Shown: positions 48,430 to 57,037 of the stretch, in pieces | Layout: each line of letters starts with the position of its first letter | Position numbering within the stretch: the first letter of the stretch is position 1 | Assembly: GCA_050008535.1 (NCBI GenBank) | Contig: JBEKML010000001.1 | Coordinates: 66,246-130,245 of the forward strand | DNA length: 64,000 bases | Direction of reading: 5' to 3' | Source: Minisyncoccia bacterium | GTDB taxonomy: Bacteria; Patescibacteriota; Minisyncoccia; UBA6257; 2-01-FULL-56-20 | The notes under the pieces: model-generated | Databases searched by the model: none | The model's input: the letters and a program-made list of their open reading frames with translations, nothing else | Told to the model about the DNA's origin: nothing | Made by a program: the position numbers and the translations under genes

Positions 48430-48966
48430 TCATAAACTTGCTGTGGTGGGGCAAAAACTAAGGGGAAAAGAGCGGCCGCTCAGGGCATTGCTTGCATCAT
48501 AGGGAATCCCTTCCGAAACGGAGAGTTTGCAGGCATCTTTCTGGGTTATGCCGAGGAGACCAAGAAAACCGGCCTCTGCGGTGACTTGCCACGCACTGAA
48601 CGGCTGGCTCGTTATGGCGATCCAAAAACTACCATTCCCGGTGTCGTACGAAATGAAATAATTGGGTGTTACCGCGAGGAGCGCATTGCCGTCGGAATCT
48701 ATTTTGGGATCCAAAAGATAAAAATTTTTCACGACGACGCTCCCCCTCGGCGTCCCAAGTGTCAAGGTGGGACCTTTCGGCGCATCCGGCATCGCTTGCG
48801 ATGCCGGAACCCCGCCGAAATTCGCAGAAACGCCGCTTGTAGGAACGCCCCCGTTTCCCGATGAAGCGGGCGTGGGCGATGGTGAACCCCTAAAAAGAAC
48901 GAAGGCAGCGACTGCCGCCGCGATTATGACAAGAATGGCAACTATTATAAGAATGATGTTTTTCAT
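48430..48966 (-). CDS. Membrane-anchored pilin-cluster protein
   Basis: N-terminal TM; FLGLLGITQKDACKL. Confidence 0.7.
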   Translation of the reverse strand: MKNIILIIVAILVIIAAAVAAFVLFRGSPSPTPASSGNGGVPTSGVSANFGGVPASQAMPDAPKGPTLTLGTPRGSVVVKNFYLLDPKIDSDGNALLAVTPNYFISYDTGNGSFWIAITSQPFSAWQVTAEAGFLGLLGITQKDACKLSVSEGIPYDASNALSGRSFPLSFCPTTASL

Positions 48967-48978
48967 GCGTGATGGTCT

Positions 48979-49770
48979 TTAACATCCGCCTCCGGGAGCG
49001 GAACGTATATGAACATTATCCCCCGTGGTGGTGTCATATCTGGTGCCGCCGCATCCTGTATATTCATTAAGAACCGATGTGTTGCAATTCTGCGCGGCGC
49101 GCTTAATGGCCTGCACATCGCTACAGTTTCCGCTATTCACTTGGATATCCACGCAACAGCCATTGTTGTGGCACAACGAAGTATGGCGAACGGTCGGCGG
49201 CATCGCTTCGGTAATAGTAATCCCCGGCGCACCATTTTGTTGCAAACACTTGAGAGTATCCACCATCCCTTGTGCCGCCGAGCAGCTGTTCACGCCGCCG
49301 GGCTGTTGGCTCGCCGGCTTACAGGCAAATCCACCACCGGAAAGTGATTGACACGATCCACTGGCACATCCGGTCGCGCCGGTGCCGGGACCGGTGCCAG
49401 CACCGGCTCCCGGCCCCGCCGACGTCCCGCTAAGCGCCGTAACCCCCATGATCTGCAAGGAAACAAGTTGGGGGTTGATGGTATAGAGGATGATATAGGC
49501 ACCCACCAGGAGTAGGAGCCCAAGGAGGGCGTTCGTGATCCAGCTCTTGCCTTCGGTCTCCGATGAGGGATTCCCCTTCCCTGTGGCATACCTGATCCCG
49601 CCCCAGACGATGGCCCCGAAGGCGAGGATGCCCGCAAAGGCAAGAGCGAGCTGGTAGAGCCCCGTGATATACGTCGCAGGGTTCGTGGCGACGCCTGCCG
49701 GCATGCCGGGGAGATTTGGGTTTATGGTGACCGTCGCGTCGGCAAGCGCTTTCAAAATAAAAAGGTGCAT
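48979..49770 (-). CDS. Pilin fused to a Cys-rich C-terminal domain (LAS/peptidase M15-like motif)
   Basis: GGIRYATGKGNPS..EGKSWITNALLG..INP; HNNGCCVDI...NVHI. Confidence 0.75.
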   Translation of the reverse strand: MHLFILKALADATVTINPNLPGMPAGVATNPATYITGLYQLALAFAGILAFGAIVWGGIRYATGKGNPSSETEGKSWITNALLGLLLLVGAYIILYTINPQLVSLQIMGVTALSGTSAGPGAGAGTGPGTGATGCASGSCQSLSGGGFACKPASQQPGGVNSCSAAQGMVDTLKCLQQNGAPGITITEAMPPTVRHTSLCHNNGCCVDIQVNSGNCSDVQAIKRAAQNCNTSVLNEYTGCGGTRYDTTTGDNVHIRSAPGGGC

Positions 49771-49786
49771 TTAGTTAAGTTGCTCT

Positions 49787-50380
49787 TTATTCACAATTCC
49801 ACACACCATTATCAGCATGAAGGTGGCACGATAGTGGCGATTTGCAGTTTGTTTCGCAAGCCCTAAGGAGGTCGGTCGACCCTGCCCCCGTGGTCGAATT
49901 GTCCCCTTGAGAAGACTGAGGACGTTCCACGCTGCATGCCGGGCCACCGAATCCCCCGATGTCTGTCACCTTTAAAACGTTCACGAAAACAGAGATGATA
50001 AGATACGCGCAGAGTACGATAAGCAGCCCGATCACGACCCTCGTCGCCCTGTCCCTTGCAGCGCTTATTCCTTGGGGATTCCCCTGTGAAAGAATAAGCG
50101 ATATCCCGCTCCACGCGATCATGATCGGTGCGATGATCCAGATCACGACGCCGATGCCGAAATAGATGACGTTCGCCGCGGTGCTCACGAGGTCGCAGAG
50201 GTCCTCACAATTTTTGGTGTCCGTGCCACCCCCGGTGCCGGCCCCGGTGCATGAAATGAGCGGCCCTCCTAGGATGCTTGGGCTCCACACATTGCTGTGG
50301 ATCGCCGCAGACGCAACGTACGGCAACGCGGTAGCCATAAGGATCACAACAAGCGGGAGAAGATACGCAATTTTCTTCAT
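49787..50380 (-). CDS. CPR pilin with Cys-rich extensions
   Basis: PLISC...C..LCDL; SQGNPQGISAARDR. Confidence 0.8.
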   Translation of the reverse strand: MKKIAYLLPLVVILMATALPYVASAAIHSNVWSPSILGGPLISCTGAGTGGGTDTKNCEDLCDLVSTAANVIYFGIGVVIWIIAPIMIAWSGISLILSQGNPQGISAARDRATRVVIGLLIVLCAYLIISVFVNVLKVTDIGGFGGPACSVERPQSSQGDNSTTGAGSTDLLRACETNCKSPLSCHLHADNGVWNCE

Positions 50381-50387
50381 ATCTGTA

Positions 50388-51671
50388 TTATCGCATAAGT
50401 TGCGTTACGGCGGCTTCCGCCTCTTTGAGCGCCCTTACGGAGTCCTCCGCGCCGGTCAAAACATTCTTGATCGCGGTATCGAAGATGGCATCTATCCTTG
50501 CAGCGTCGGCTTCGTGCCATGACCGTGCCGTAAGCGCCTGCAGAGCGAAAACGGAAAGGTTGGGATCATTCGCATCGCCCTGGATCACGGTGCGGAGAGC
50601 GGGCGGTTTCCCCGTGGCATTCTGGTATGCCGTCGCATTTGCAGGGACGGTCGTCAAATAAAGGATGAGGTTCCATGCCACGGCCGCCTGCCCCGTCCGC
50701 GCCGCCACGAAACCGTCGTAGTTTGGATAATTCACCGCAACGCTCGCGCCTTTGGCCTGCGGCACCGGCGCAATGCCAATGTTAAGGAACGGCGCCTTTG
50801 CCCTTATCTTTGCAAAATCCGACTGATAGGCGAAAATGATCGCCGTCTTCCCGGCAACGAAACTATCAACGGCGTTCCCCATCGCGTCGTTCCAGGCGTA
50901 GTACGGCGAGGCGGCATTCGCGAACTGGAGGTAAAAATTGAACGCGCCAATGCCCGTCGCGCCGCTATCCTGCCCTGCAAAGGTTGCCGCGGTATTGCCG
51001 TCGTTCGTCATCTGCGTCCCATTCTGAAGCATAAGGAGAGAAAGAATGTCCGGCGCGTGGGGGACGCCCGCAAGCGACCCGCCGATCGCCGCTGCGGCCT
51101 GTGTCAATTTACCTTGCGCATCCACTGCGCGGAGCCGCACGACATCCGCATCAAAGTCGTCCCATGTTTTTGGGAGGATCGCGATGCCGGCAGAGTTCAG
51201 GAGGTCCTTGTTGTACACCATGACAAGCGTGTCAATGGAAAGCGGGAGTCCGTAGATCTGCCCGTTTGAAGTGAAATCCCGCGCCACAACATCCGGGAAT
51301 TCGCTCTGAAGCGCAAGGAAGTTGAATTGCGTTGACGAGGTGGGGAACGGCGCAACGGCCGACTTCCACTTCGGCAGATCGCGGTTGTTTATTTCAAACA
51401 CGTCGGGGCCCGTGCCTGCCGCGAGCGCGGAAAGGAGCCGGCTCGCGTAATTCGCGGCGTCAACCTCCACGTAATTTATTTTGCCGTACGGATAGGACGC
51501 AAGAATGCTTCCGAGCACTGTGCTGTTTTCCGTGCCCCAAACCGTAAGCGTGACCGCGGGGCCCGTATTTGTTTTTGGTCGCAGCCCCCAAAAGATAAGG
51601 AAGAAAATGACGATCACAAGAACCGCCCCGCCGATGATGATAGTGACCTGTTTTTGGGAAAATTTTGGCAT
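50388..51671 (-). CDS. Extracellular solute-binding protein (sugar-binding family 1-like)
   Basis: LTVWG, GTGPDVF, YGLPLSIDTLVMVYNKDL. Confidence 0.88.
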   Translation of the reverse strand: MPKFSQKQVTIIIGGAVLVIVIFFLIFWGLRPKTNTGPAVTLTVWGTENSTVLGSILASYPYGKINYVEVDAANYASRLLSALAAGTGPDVFEINNRDLPKWKSAVAPFPTSSTQFNFLALQSEFPDVVARDFTSNGQIYGLPLSIDTLVMVYNKDLLNSAGIAILPKTWDDFDADVVRLRAVDAQGKLTQAAAAIGGSLAGVPHAPDILSLLMLQNGTQMTNDGNTAATFAGQDSGATGIGAFNFYLQFANAASPYYAWNDAMGNAVDSFVAGKTAIIFAYQSDFAKIRAKAPFLNIGIAPVPQAKGASVAVNYPNYDGFVAARTGQAAVAWNLILYLTTVPANATAYQNATGKPPALRTVIQGDANDPNLSVFALQALTARSWHEADAARIDAIFDTAIKNVLTGAEDSVRALKEAEAAVTQLMR

Positions 51672-51675
51672 CGTG

Positions 51676-54105
51676 CTAAATGACGACAGTCCCCGCCAGG
51701 CGGTCGCCGCCCTTAAGGTTCATGATGTGGACGCCTTGCGCCGCGCGGCCGGTCGTACGCACTGTTTCGAGCTTCGTACGAATCATCTGGCCTTTTGCAG
51801 AAAGCGCGAAAAGCTCTTTCTCTTCGGTCACGACATGCGCCGAAAGCAGCATCCCCGTCTTCTGGGTTACCTCCGCCGTCTTGATCCCGGAGCCGCCGCG
51901 GCTTTGCGTCTTGTATTCTTTAAGCGCCGTCTGCTTCGCAAAACCGTTCTCCATGACGACGAGAAGCTTTGCTTCTCCTCCTTTGATTATATCAAAGCCC
52001 GCAACCTCGTCGTTCTGTTTTTTAAGCTTGATCGCGCGGACGCCTGCGGCCGTGCGGCCCATCGGACGCACCTGTTTTTCTTCAAAACGGATGGATTGCC
52101 CCTGCCGCGTGGCCAAGATCACCTGGTCTCCGCCGCCCGTGAGCTTCGCCCACTTCAAGTGGTCCCCTTTCTTTAGGGAAATTGCGATGATGCCCGTCCG
52201 GCGGATGGCGAGAAACTCCTCAAGCGGCGTCTTTTTGACCACGCCGTGCCTTGTCACCATCATAAGATATTTTTTCTTCTCGCCCTTCGCGGAATAGTTC
52301 ACGATCGCGCTCACGGTTTCGTCCGCCGGGAGTTCCAGGAAGTTCTGAATCGCCTTGCCCTTCGCGGTGCGCGTCGCCTGCGGGATCTCGTACACCTTTG
52401 TCTGGAACACGCGCCCGCGATTTGTGAAGAACAAAACATTGTCGTGCGTCCGCGCGCTGAAGAAATGCGAGAGGAAATCCTCTTCCGCCACTTCCGAACC
52501 GATCAATCCCTTCCCGCCGCGCTTTTGCACTTTGAAGGTGCTCGGCGGCAGGCGTTTGATGTAACCGCCGCCCGAGACCGTCACGATCGCATCCTCGTCC
52601 ACAATAAGATCTTCGTCGCTCACCGCGGCGATCCCGTGCGCCACCACCTGCGTCCGCCGTTCGTCACCGTATTTTTCCTTCAATGCATGGACTTCATCCT
52701 TGATGATCTTTAGGATCTTTGCAGGGCTCTTTAAAATGAGCGTGAGTTCTTCAATAAGCGCCTTTTTTTCTTTCAATTCCGCTTCTATCTTTTGGTGCTC
52801 AAGCGCCGCGAGCGTTTGCAGGCGCATTTCCAAAATCGCCGTCGCCTGCACGTCGCTCAATTTAAATTGTTTTACAAGGTTCACGTGCGCCTCTTCTTTG
52901 TCCTTCGATTTCTTGATCGTCGCGATCACGCGATCAATGGCGTTCAGAGCTTTCGCAAGCCCTTCCAGGATGTGTGCACGCTCCTCGGCTTTCTTAAGAT
53001 CGAACTGCGTGCGGCGTTTCACCACCTCTTTCCGATACGCCAAATACTCAACAAGGATATCCCGCAGGGAAAGGAGCCGCGGCTCAAGACCGTGCTCGCT
53101 CGCAACAAGCGCGGTCATGTTCATATTGAAATTCTTCTCAAGATCGGTGTGCTTGTAGAGCCAGTTCAGCACCTTTTGTGGCGATACGTCGTTCTTGAGC
53201 TCTATCACAATACGCATCCCTTCGCGGTCCGATTCGTCGCGCAGGTCGCGGATGCCCTCAATTTTCTTTTCCTGCGCTAATTCGGCGATCATCCGCACGA
53301 GCTCCGCCTTATTCACCTGGTACGGGATCTCGGTCACCACAATGTCGAACTGCTTGCCGGCCTTATTTTCCACGATCTCCGCCCTCGCGCGCGTGAGGAT
53401 CGCTCCGCGCCCCGAAACGTAGGCCTCTTTGATCGCTTTTGTGTCATAAATGATGCCGCCCTTCGGAAAATCCGGGCCCTTCACGAATTGCAAAAGGTCC
53501 TCGCTGGTCGCATCCGAATTATCCGAAAGATGCAGGATCGCGTCCGCGATCTCGCCCAGATTGTGGGTGGGGATGCTCGTCGCCATGCCGACCGCGATGC
53601 CCAAAGCGCCGTTCAAAAGAAGATTGGGCAGCTTTGCGGGAAATACCATCGGCTCTTCCCGCGTCGCGTCGTAATTCGGCATCCAATCAACCGTTTCTTT
53701 TTCAATATCAAAAAGCAGTTCCTCCGCGATCGCCGACATTTTCGCCTCCGTGTACCGCATCGCGGCCGGCGAATCCCCGTCCATGGAACCGAAGTTTCCC
53801 TGTCCGTGCACGAGCGGATAACGCAAAGAAAAATCCTGGGCCATGCGCACCAGCGTGTCATAGATCGCCGAGTCGCCGTGAGGGTGGTATTTCGCCATCG
53901 TCTCGCCCACGACGTTCGCCGACTTCCTGAACTTCGCGAGATGCGTAAGGCCCGCATCCCACATCGCCCACAGGACCCGCCGGTGCACCGGCTTCATCCC
54001 GTCGCGCACATCGGGCAGCGCGCGCGCGATGATAACCGACATCGCATAATCAAGGTAGGATTCGCTAAGCTCTTTGGTAATTTCCCTCTTTTCCAAATTG
54101 GGCAT
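51676..54105 (-). CDS. gyrA: DNA gyrase subunit A
   Basis: YHPHGD, AAMRYTE, GyrA-box QKRGGKG. Confidence 0.97.
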   Translation of the reverse strand: MPNLEKREITKELSESYLDYAMSVIIARALPDVRDGMKPVHRRVLWAMWDAGLTHLAKFRKSANVVGETMAKYHPHGDSAIYDTLVRMAQDFSLRYPLVHGQGNFGSMDGDSPAAMRYTEAKMSAIAEELLFDIEKETVDWMPNYDATREEPMVFPAKLPNLLLNGALGIAVGMATSIPTHNLGEIADAILHLSDNSDATSEDLLQFVKGPDFPKGGIIYDTKAIKEAYVSGRGAILTRARAEIVENKAGKQFDIVVTEIPYQVNKAELVRMIAELAQEKKIEGIRDLRDESDREGMRIVIELKNDVSPQKVLNWLYKHTDLEKNFNMNMTALVASEHGLEPRLLSLRDILVEYLAYRKEVVKRRTQFDLKKAEERAHILEGLAKALNAIDRVIATIKKSKDKEEAHVNLVKQFKLSDVQATAILEMRLQTLAALEHQKIEAELKEKKALIEELTLILKSPAKILKIIKDEVHALKEKYGDERRTQVVAHGIAAVSDEDLIVDEDAIVTVSGGGYIKRLPPSTFKVQKRGGKGLIGSEVAEEDFLSHFFSARTHDNVLFFTNRGRVFQTKVYEIPQATRTAKGKAIQNFLELPADETVSAIVNYSAKGEKKKYLMMVTRHGVVKKTPLEEFLAIRRTGIIAISLKKGDHLKWAKLTGGGDQVILATRQGQSIRFEEKQVRPMGRTAAGVRAIKLKKQNDEVAGFDIIKGGEAKLLVVMENGFAKQTALKEYKTQSRGGSGIKTAEVTQKTGMLLSAHVVTEEKELFALSAKGQMIRTKLETVRTTGRAAQGVHIMNLKGGDRLAGTVVI

Positions 54106-54106
54106 G

Positions 54107-54412
54107 TTAGTGCGGCGGTTTTATTAAATATTCGCGCGGCGCCTGCAGGATGTTCCCCAAGCCATGAAGGGTGCCTATGATCCCCTGGTACATGTTCTGC
54201 CAGATGCTCACGCCGTAAGAGGGCTGGGGCGTGGACGATGAAACTTCCACCGGCTGCGAAACTCCCGCAACGAGGTTATTGAAATACGCAAGCCAAATAT
54301 AGATCACGACAACCATGGCGATCGCGGTCGTGATGATAAGCACTCTCTTTTTGGTCGGCTCGTCGAGCGATTGAAGCTCTTCGAGGAAACCCCTTCTTTG
54401 TTCCCGTGGCAT
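54107..54412 (-). CDS. Small single-TM hypothetical protein
   Basis: FLEELQSLDEPTKKR then TM. Confidence 0.7.
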   Translation of the reverse strand: MPREQRRGFLEELQSLDEPTKKRVLIITTAIAMVVVIYIWLAYFNNLVAGVSQPVEVSSSTPQPSYGVSIWQNMYQGIIGTLHGLGNILQAPREYLIKPPH

Positions 54413-54421
54413 TGGTGCGGA

Positions 54422-54997
54422 TTAGCTCTCGCTTAGAACGACCGGCCGCCCTTTGTCGCCCATAATATCCTTCTGCTTGAAGACGAATTTCTCCGCTTTC
54501 TCGGCCTTCTTGCCAAGCGCCTTCAAGAACTCATCCGGGCTCTTCGCAAAGCTCGGTACGATAATTCTCGCCTCAAGTTGTTTTGCGATCTTTGCCGCGA
54601 CTTCCGGCTCCAGAAAATGCCCGCCGCCTACGGGGAGAACAAGGAGGTCCGGCTCCAAAAGTTCCTCCATAAGCGCAGCATCGATCGGCTTCGAAAGATG
54701 CCCCAAGAAGACAAATTTCATTTCCTCCCAATAGACCACGTAGACCGTTTTCAAGAATTTTTCCGTAGATTCGCCCGCGATCGGAAATCCAAGGATTTCT
54801 ATCCCTTTTATTTCATATTCTCCGGGAAAAGCGATCTCAAGGGAATCGTCCGCTTCGCGCGCGAGCGGATTTTCCACCGCGACGAGGGTTTTTAACACAA
54901 CATCCGCCTTGAGGCGGTTGTTCTCCGGGTTCACGAGGATCGAGGTCTCCCCGCTTTGCAGCCGAAAGGCCCCGTTTCCAAAATAGGTGAGGACCAT
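54422..54997 (-). CDS. MBL-fold protein with degenerate metal site
   Basis: PGEYEIKG, DLLVLPVGG, IIVP; no HxHxDH motif. Confidence 0.8.
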   Translation of the reverse strand: MVLTYFGNGAFRLQSGETSILVNPENNRLKADVVLKTLVAVENPLAREADDSLEIAFPGEYEIKGIEILGFPIAGESTEKFLKTVYVVYWEEMKFVFLGHLSKPIDAALMEELLEPDLLVLPVGGGHFLEPEVAAKIAKQLEARIIVPSFAKSPDEFLKALGKKAEKAEKFVFKQKDIMGDKGRPVVLSES

Positions 54998-55085
54998 ATA
55001 CGCTCATTTTACCAAAAAAACGGCGCGAAAACAAGCGCGCGGCGCCCCTTGCCATACGTTTATTTTTCCTCTATAGTCACCCCTA

Positions 55086-56168
55086 ATGCCTCAAACAGAC
55101 ACGAATATCGCACAGGTTCTGAAGATCGAGCTTTCGTCCGCGGACTGGCCGAAGGAAGGGAGTGTTGTTGAAGTGACACTCATGAAAAAGGTGCCGCGGA
55201 AGGCCTACTTCGACATGGGCCGCTTCGGCACGGGCATCGTCTACGGCGCGGAAACAACGAACGCCAAGGAGATCCTCCGCAACCTGAATCCCGGCGACAA
55301 ATTACACGCGAAGATCATCGCTCTGGACGGCGAAGAGGGAAATATAGAGCTTTCATTGTCGGAGGCGGGCAAACAAAAACTCTGGCAGCAGGCAAAAGAG
55401 CTCGCGGAAACAGGAGAGGTCGTGAAAGCAAAGATTGTCGGCGCAAATGCAGGCGGACTTATGACTGCCGTTTCCGAAGAGCTCAAGGCGTTCCTCCCGG
55501 TTTCGCAACTTTCTCTTGAACACTATCCAAAAGTGCCCGACGGCGATCGCACGAAGATCGCCGAGGAACTTAAAAAATTCATCGGCGAAGAGCTCTCGGT
55601 GAAGATTATTGACGTAAATCCCCGCACCAACAAGATCATCGTCTCGGAGCGCGAAGTGCTCTCGGCGAACGTAAAAGAGCTGCTCGCCGCCTATGCCGTG
55701 GGGCAGGTGGTGGATTGCATCGTCTCGGGCGCAGCCGATTTCGGCATTTTCGTCCGGTTCACCGATAATCCGCAGATCGAAGGCATGATCCACATCTCGG
55801 AACTGGACTATAAACTGATCGATAATCCCAAAGAGCTCGTGAAGGTGAATGATCAGCTGAAAGCGAAGATCGTGGACATCAAAGAAGGCCGCGTTTTTCT
55901 CTCCTTGAAAGCGCTTAAGGAAGATCCATGGACAAAGCTCGGCGATAAATGGAAGCCCGGCGATGTCGTGCAGGGCCGCGTGTACAAGTTCAATCCGTTC
56001 GGCGCGGTGGTGGCGCTCGAGGATGATCTCCAGGGCGTGGTGCACATCTCCGAATTCGGTGGCGCCGACGAAATGAAGAAGGCGCTCGCCGTAGGCGAGA
56101 CCTATCCCTTTGTCATTGATGCCGTGAAAACAGAGGAGAAGAGGATCATGCTGAAGGTAAAGAAATAG
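55086..56168 (+). CDS. rpsA: 30S ribosomal protein S1 (4 S1 domains)
   Basis: ANAGGL, AFLPVSQL, DFGIFV, EGMIHISEL, PFGAVV. Confidence 0.9.
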   Translation: MPQTDTNIAQVLKIELSSADWPKEGSVVEVTLMKKVPRKAYFDMGRFGTGIVYGAETTNAKEILRNLNPGDKLHAKIIALDGEEGNIELSLSEAGKQKLWQQAKELAETGEVVKAKIVGANAGGLMTAVSEELKAFLPVSQLSLEHYPKVPDGDRTKIAEELKKFIGEELSVKIIDVNPRTNKIIVSEREVLSANVKELLAAYAVGQVVDCIVSGAADFGIFVRFTDNPQIEGMIHISELDYKLIDNPKELVKVNDQLKAKIVDIKEGRVFLSLKALKEDPWTKLGDKWKPGDVVQGRVYKFNPFGAVVALEDDLQGVVHISEFGGADEMKKALAVGETYPFVIDAVKTEEKRIMLKVKK

Positions 56169-56238
56169 ACACGAAGCATATACCTTTTGAAACGAGTACT
56201 CAGAAGGGCTCGTTTCAAAAGGTATATGCTTCGTGTCT
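56167..56238 (-). repeat. Conserved-loop long hairpin, copy D
   Basis: 30-bp perfect arms, loop TACTCAGAAGGG (reverse complement CCCTTCTGAGTA). Confidence 0.92.
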
Positions 56239-56300
56239 GCAACTTGTTTCCGATTGAGAAACGCGATAAGATAAAACCGCTTCTTTAACAAGGAGTGGAT

Positions 56301-56372
56301 GCCGCGGTAGCTCAGTGGCAGAGCGCAGCCCTGAAGAGGCTGGCGTCGGGTGTTCGATTCACCCCCGCGGCA
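56301..56372 (+). tRNA. tRNA-Phe(GAA)
   Basis: GCCGCGG/CCGCGGC acceptor stem; CAGCC-CTGAAGA-GGCTG. Confidence 0.95.
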
Positions 56373-56384
56373 CACAACAAGCAA

Positions 56385-56452
56385 GGACAAAACAAAGATG
56401 GCTTGGGGAGAGCCCTTCTGAGTACTCTCTCCAAGCCATCTTTGTTTTGTCC
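56385..56452 (+). repeat. Conserved-loop long hairpin, copy E
   Basis: 28-bp arms with one G-T pair, loop CCCTTCTGAGTA. Confidence 0.92.
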
Positions 56453-56456
56453 CAAG

Positions 56457-56527
56457 TCGGGCCGCTGGGAATTGAACCCAGTCTGCCTGTACCCAAAACA
56501 GGTGTACTACCGGTATACGACGGCCCG
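56457..56527 (-). tRNA. tRNA-Pro(TGG)
   Basis: CGGGCCG/CGGCCCG acceptor stem; CCTGT-TTTGGGT-ACAGG. Confidence 0.94.
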
Positions 56528-56578
56528 TAATGCCTCTTTAAACTATCTTATTTTCATTGTAGAATCAATGCGTTAAAA

Positions 56579-56650
56579 GCCCCCGTAGCTCAATGGATAG
56601 AGCAGAGCTCTTCTAAGGCTTTGATGTGGGTCCGATTCCTACCGGGGGCG
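56579..56650 (+). tRNA. tRNA-Arg(TCT)
   Basis: GCCCCCG/CGGGGGC acceptor stem; GAGCT-CTTCTAA-GGCTT; atypical T-loop TCCGATT. Confidence 0.9.
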
Positions 56651-56700
56651 CACTAGGCCTTTTCTATGCACAGCAGGCAATATAAAAATTTCTTATAATT

Positions 56701-56912
56701 AAGACAGGAGCCGCTCCGGAAAGGAGGGTCACCGTGCGGCTTTGGATGCATCGTCTCATTGTCCGCAAGATGAGGCGGACACCAAGAAGCGGAAAGTGAA
56801 AGCGAGGTGATCCAAACTATCTTCCATGAAGGGCAATCGACGCGCTGGTGACGCGCATGCCCCGAGGGCCACTGACCCGCCGGCCAGGATGAAAAAGGCG
56901 GGTCTTCCATTT
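56701..56912 (+). ncRNA. Candidate structured ncRNA of unknown family
   Basis: GC-rich intergenic block after TATAAT (56694-56699) with several complementary segments; no convincing ORF. Confidence 0.45.
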
Positions 56913-56959
56913 AAATACAATCTTGAATATTTTGTCCAGCAGTATTAAGGTGGTGGAAC

Positions 56960-57031
56960 GCGCGCTTAGCTCAGTGGCAGAGCAACTCCTTTACACGGAG
57001 TGGGTCCGGGGTTCGATCCCTCGAGCGCGCA
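56960..57031 (+). tRNA. tRNA-Val(TAC)
   Basis: GCGCGCT/AGCGCGC acceptor stem; ACTCC-TTTACAC-GGAGT. Confidence 0.95.
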
Positions 57032-57037
57032 CAACAG

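Noticed and set aside
13399-56452. Hairpin family as a CRISPR array or simple rho-independent terminators
   Set aside because: Copies are dispersed, not tandem, and no cas genes are present. The stems are far longer than terminators, mostly lack U-tracts, and one copy lies between divergent genes.
56653-56910. 85-aa minus-strand ORF
   Set aside because: Atypical composition and no family features; better explained as the antisense of a structured RNA.
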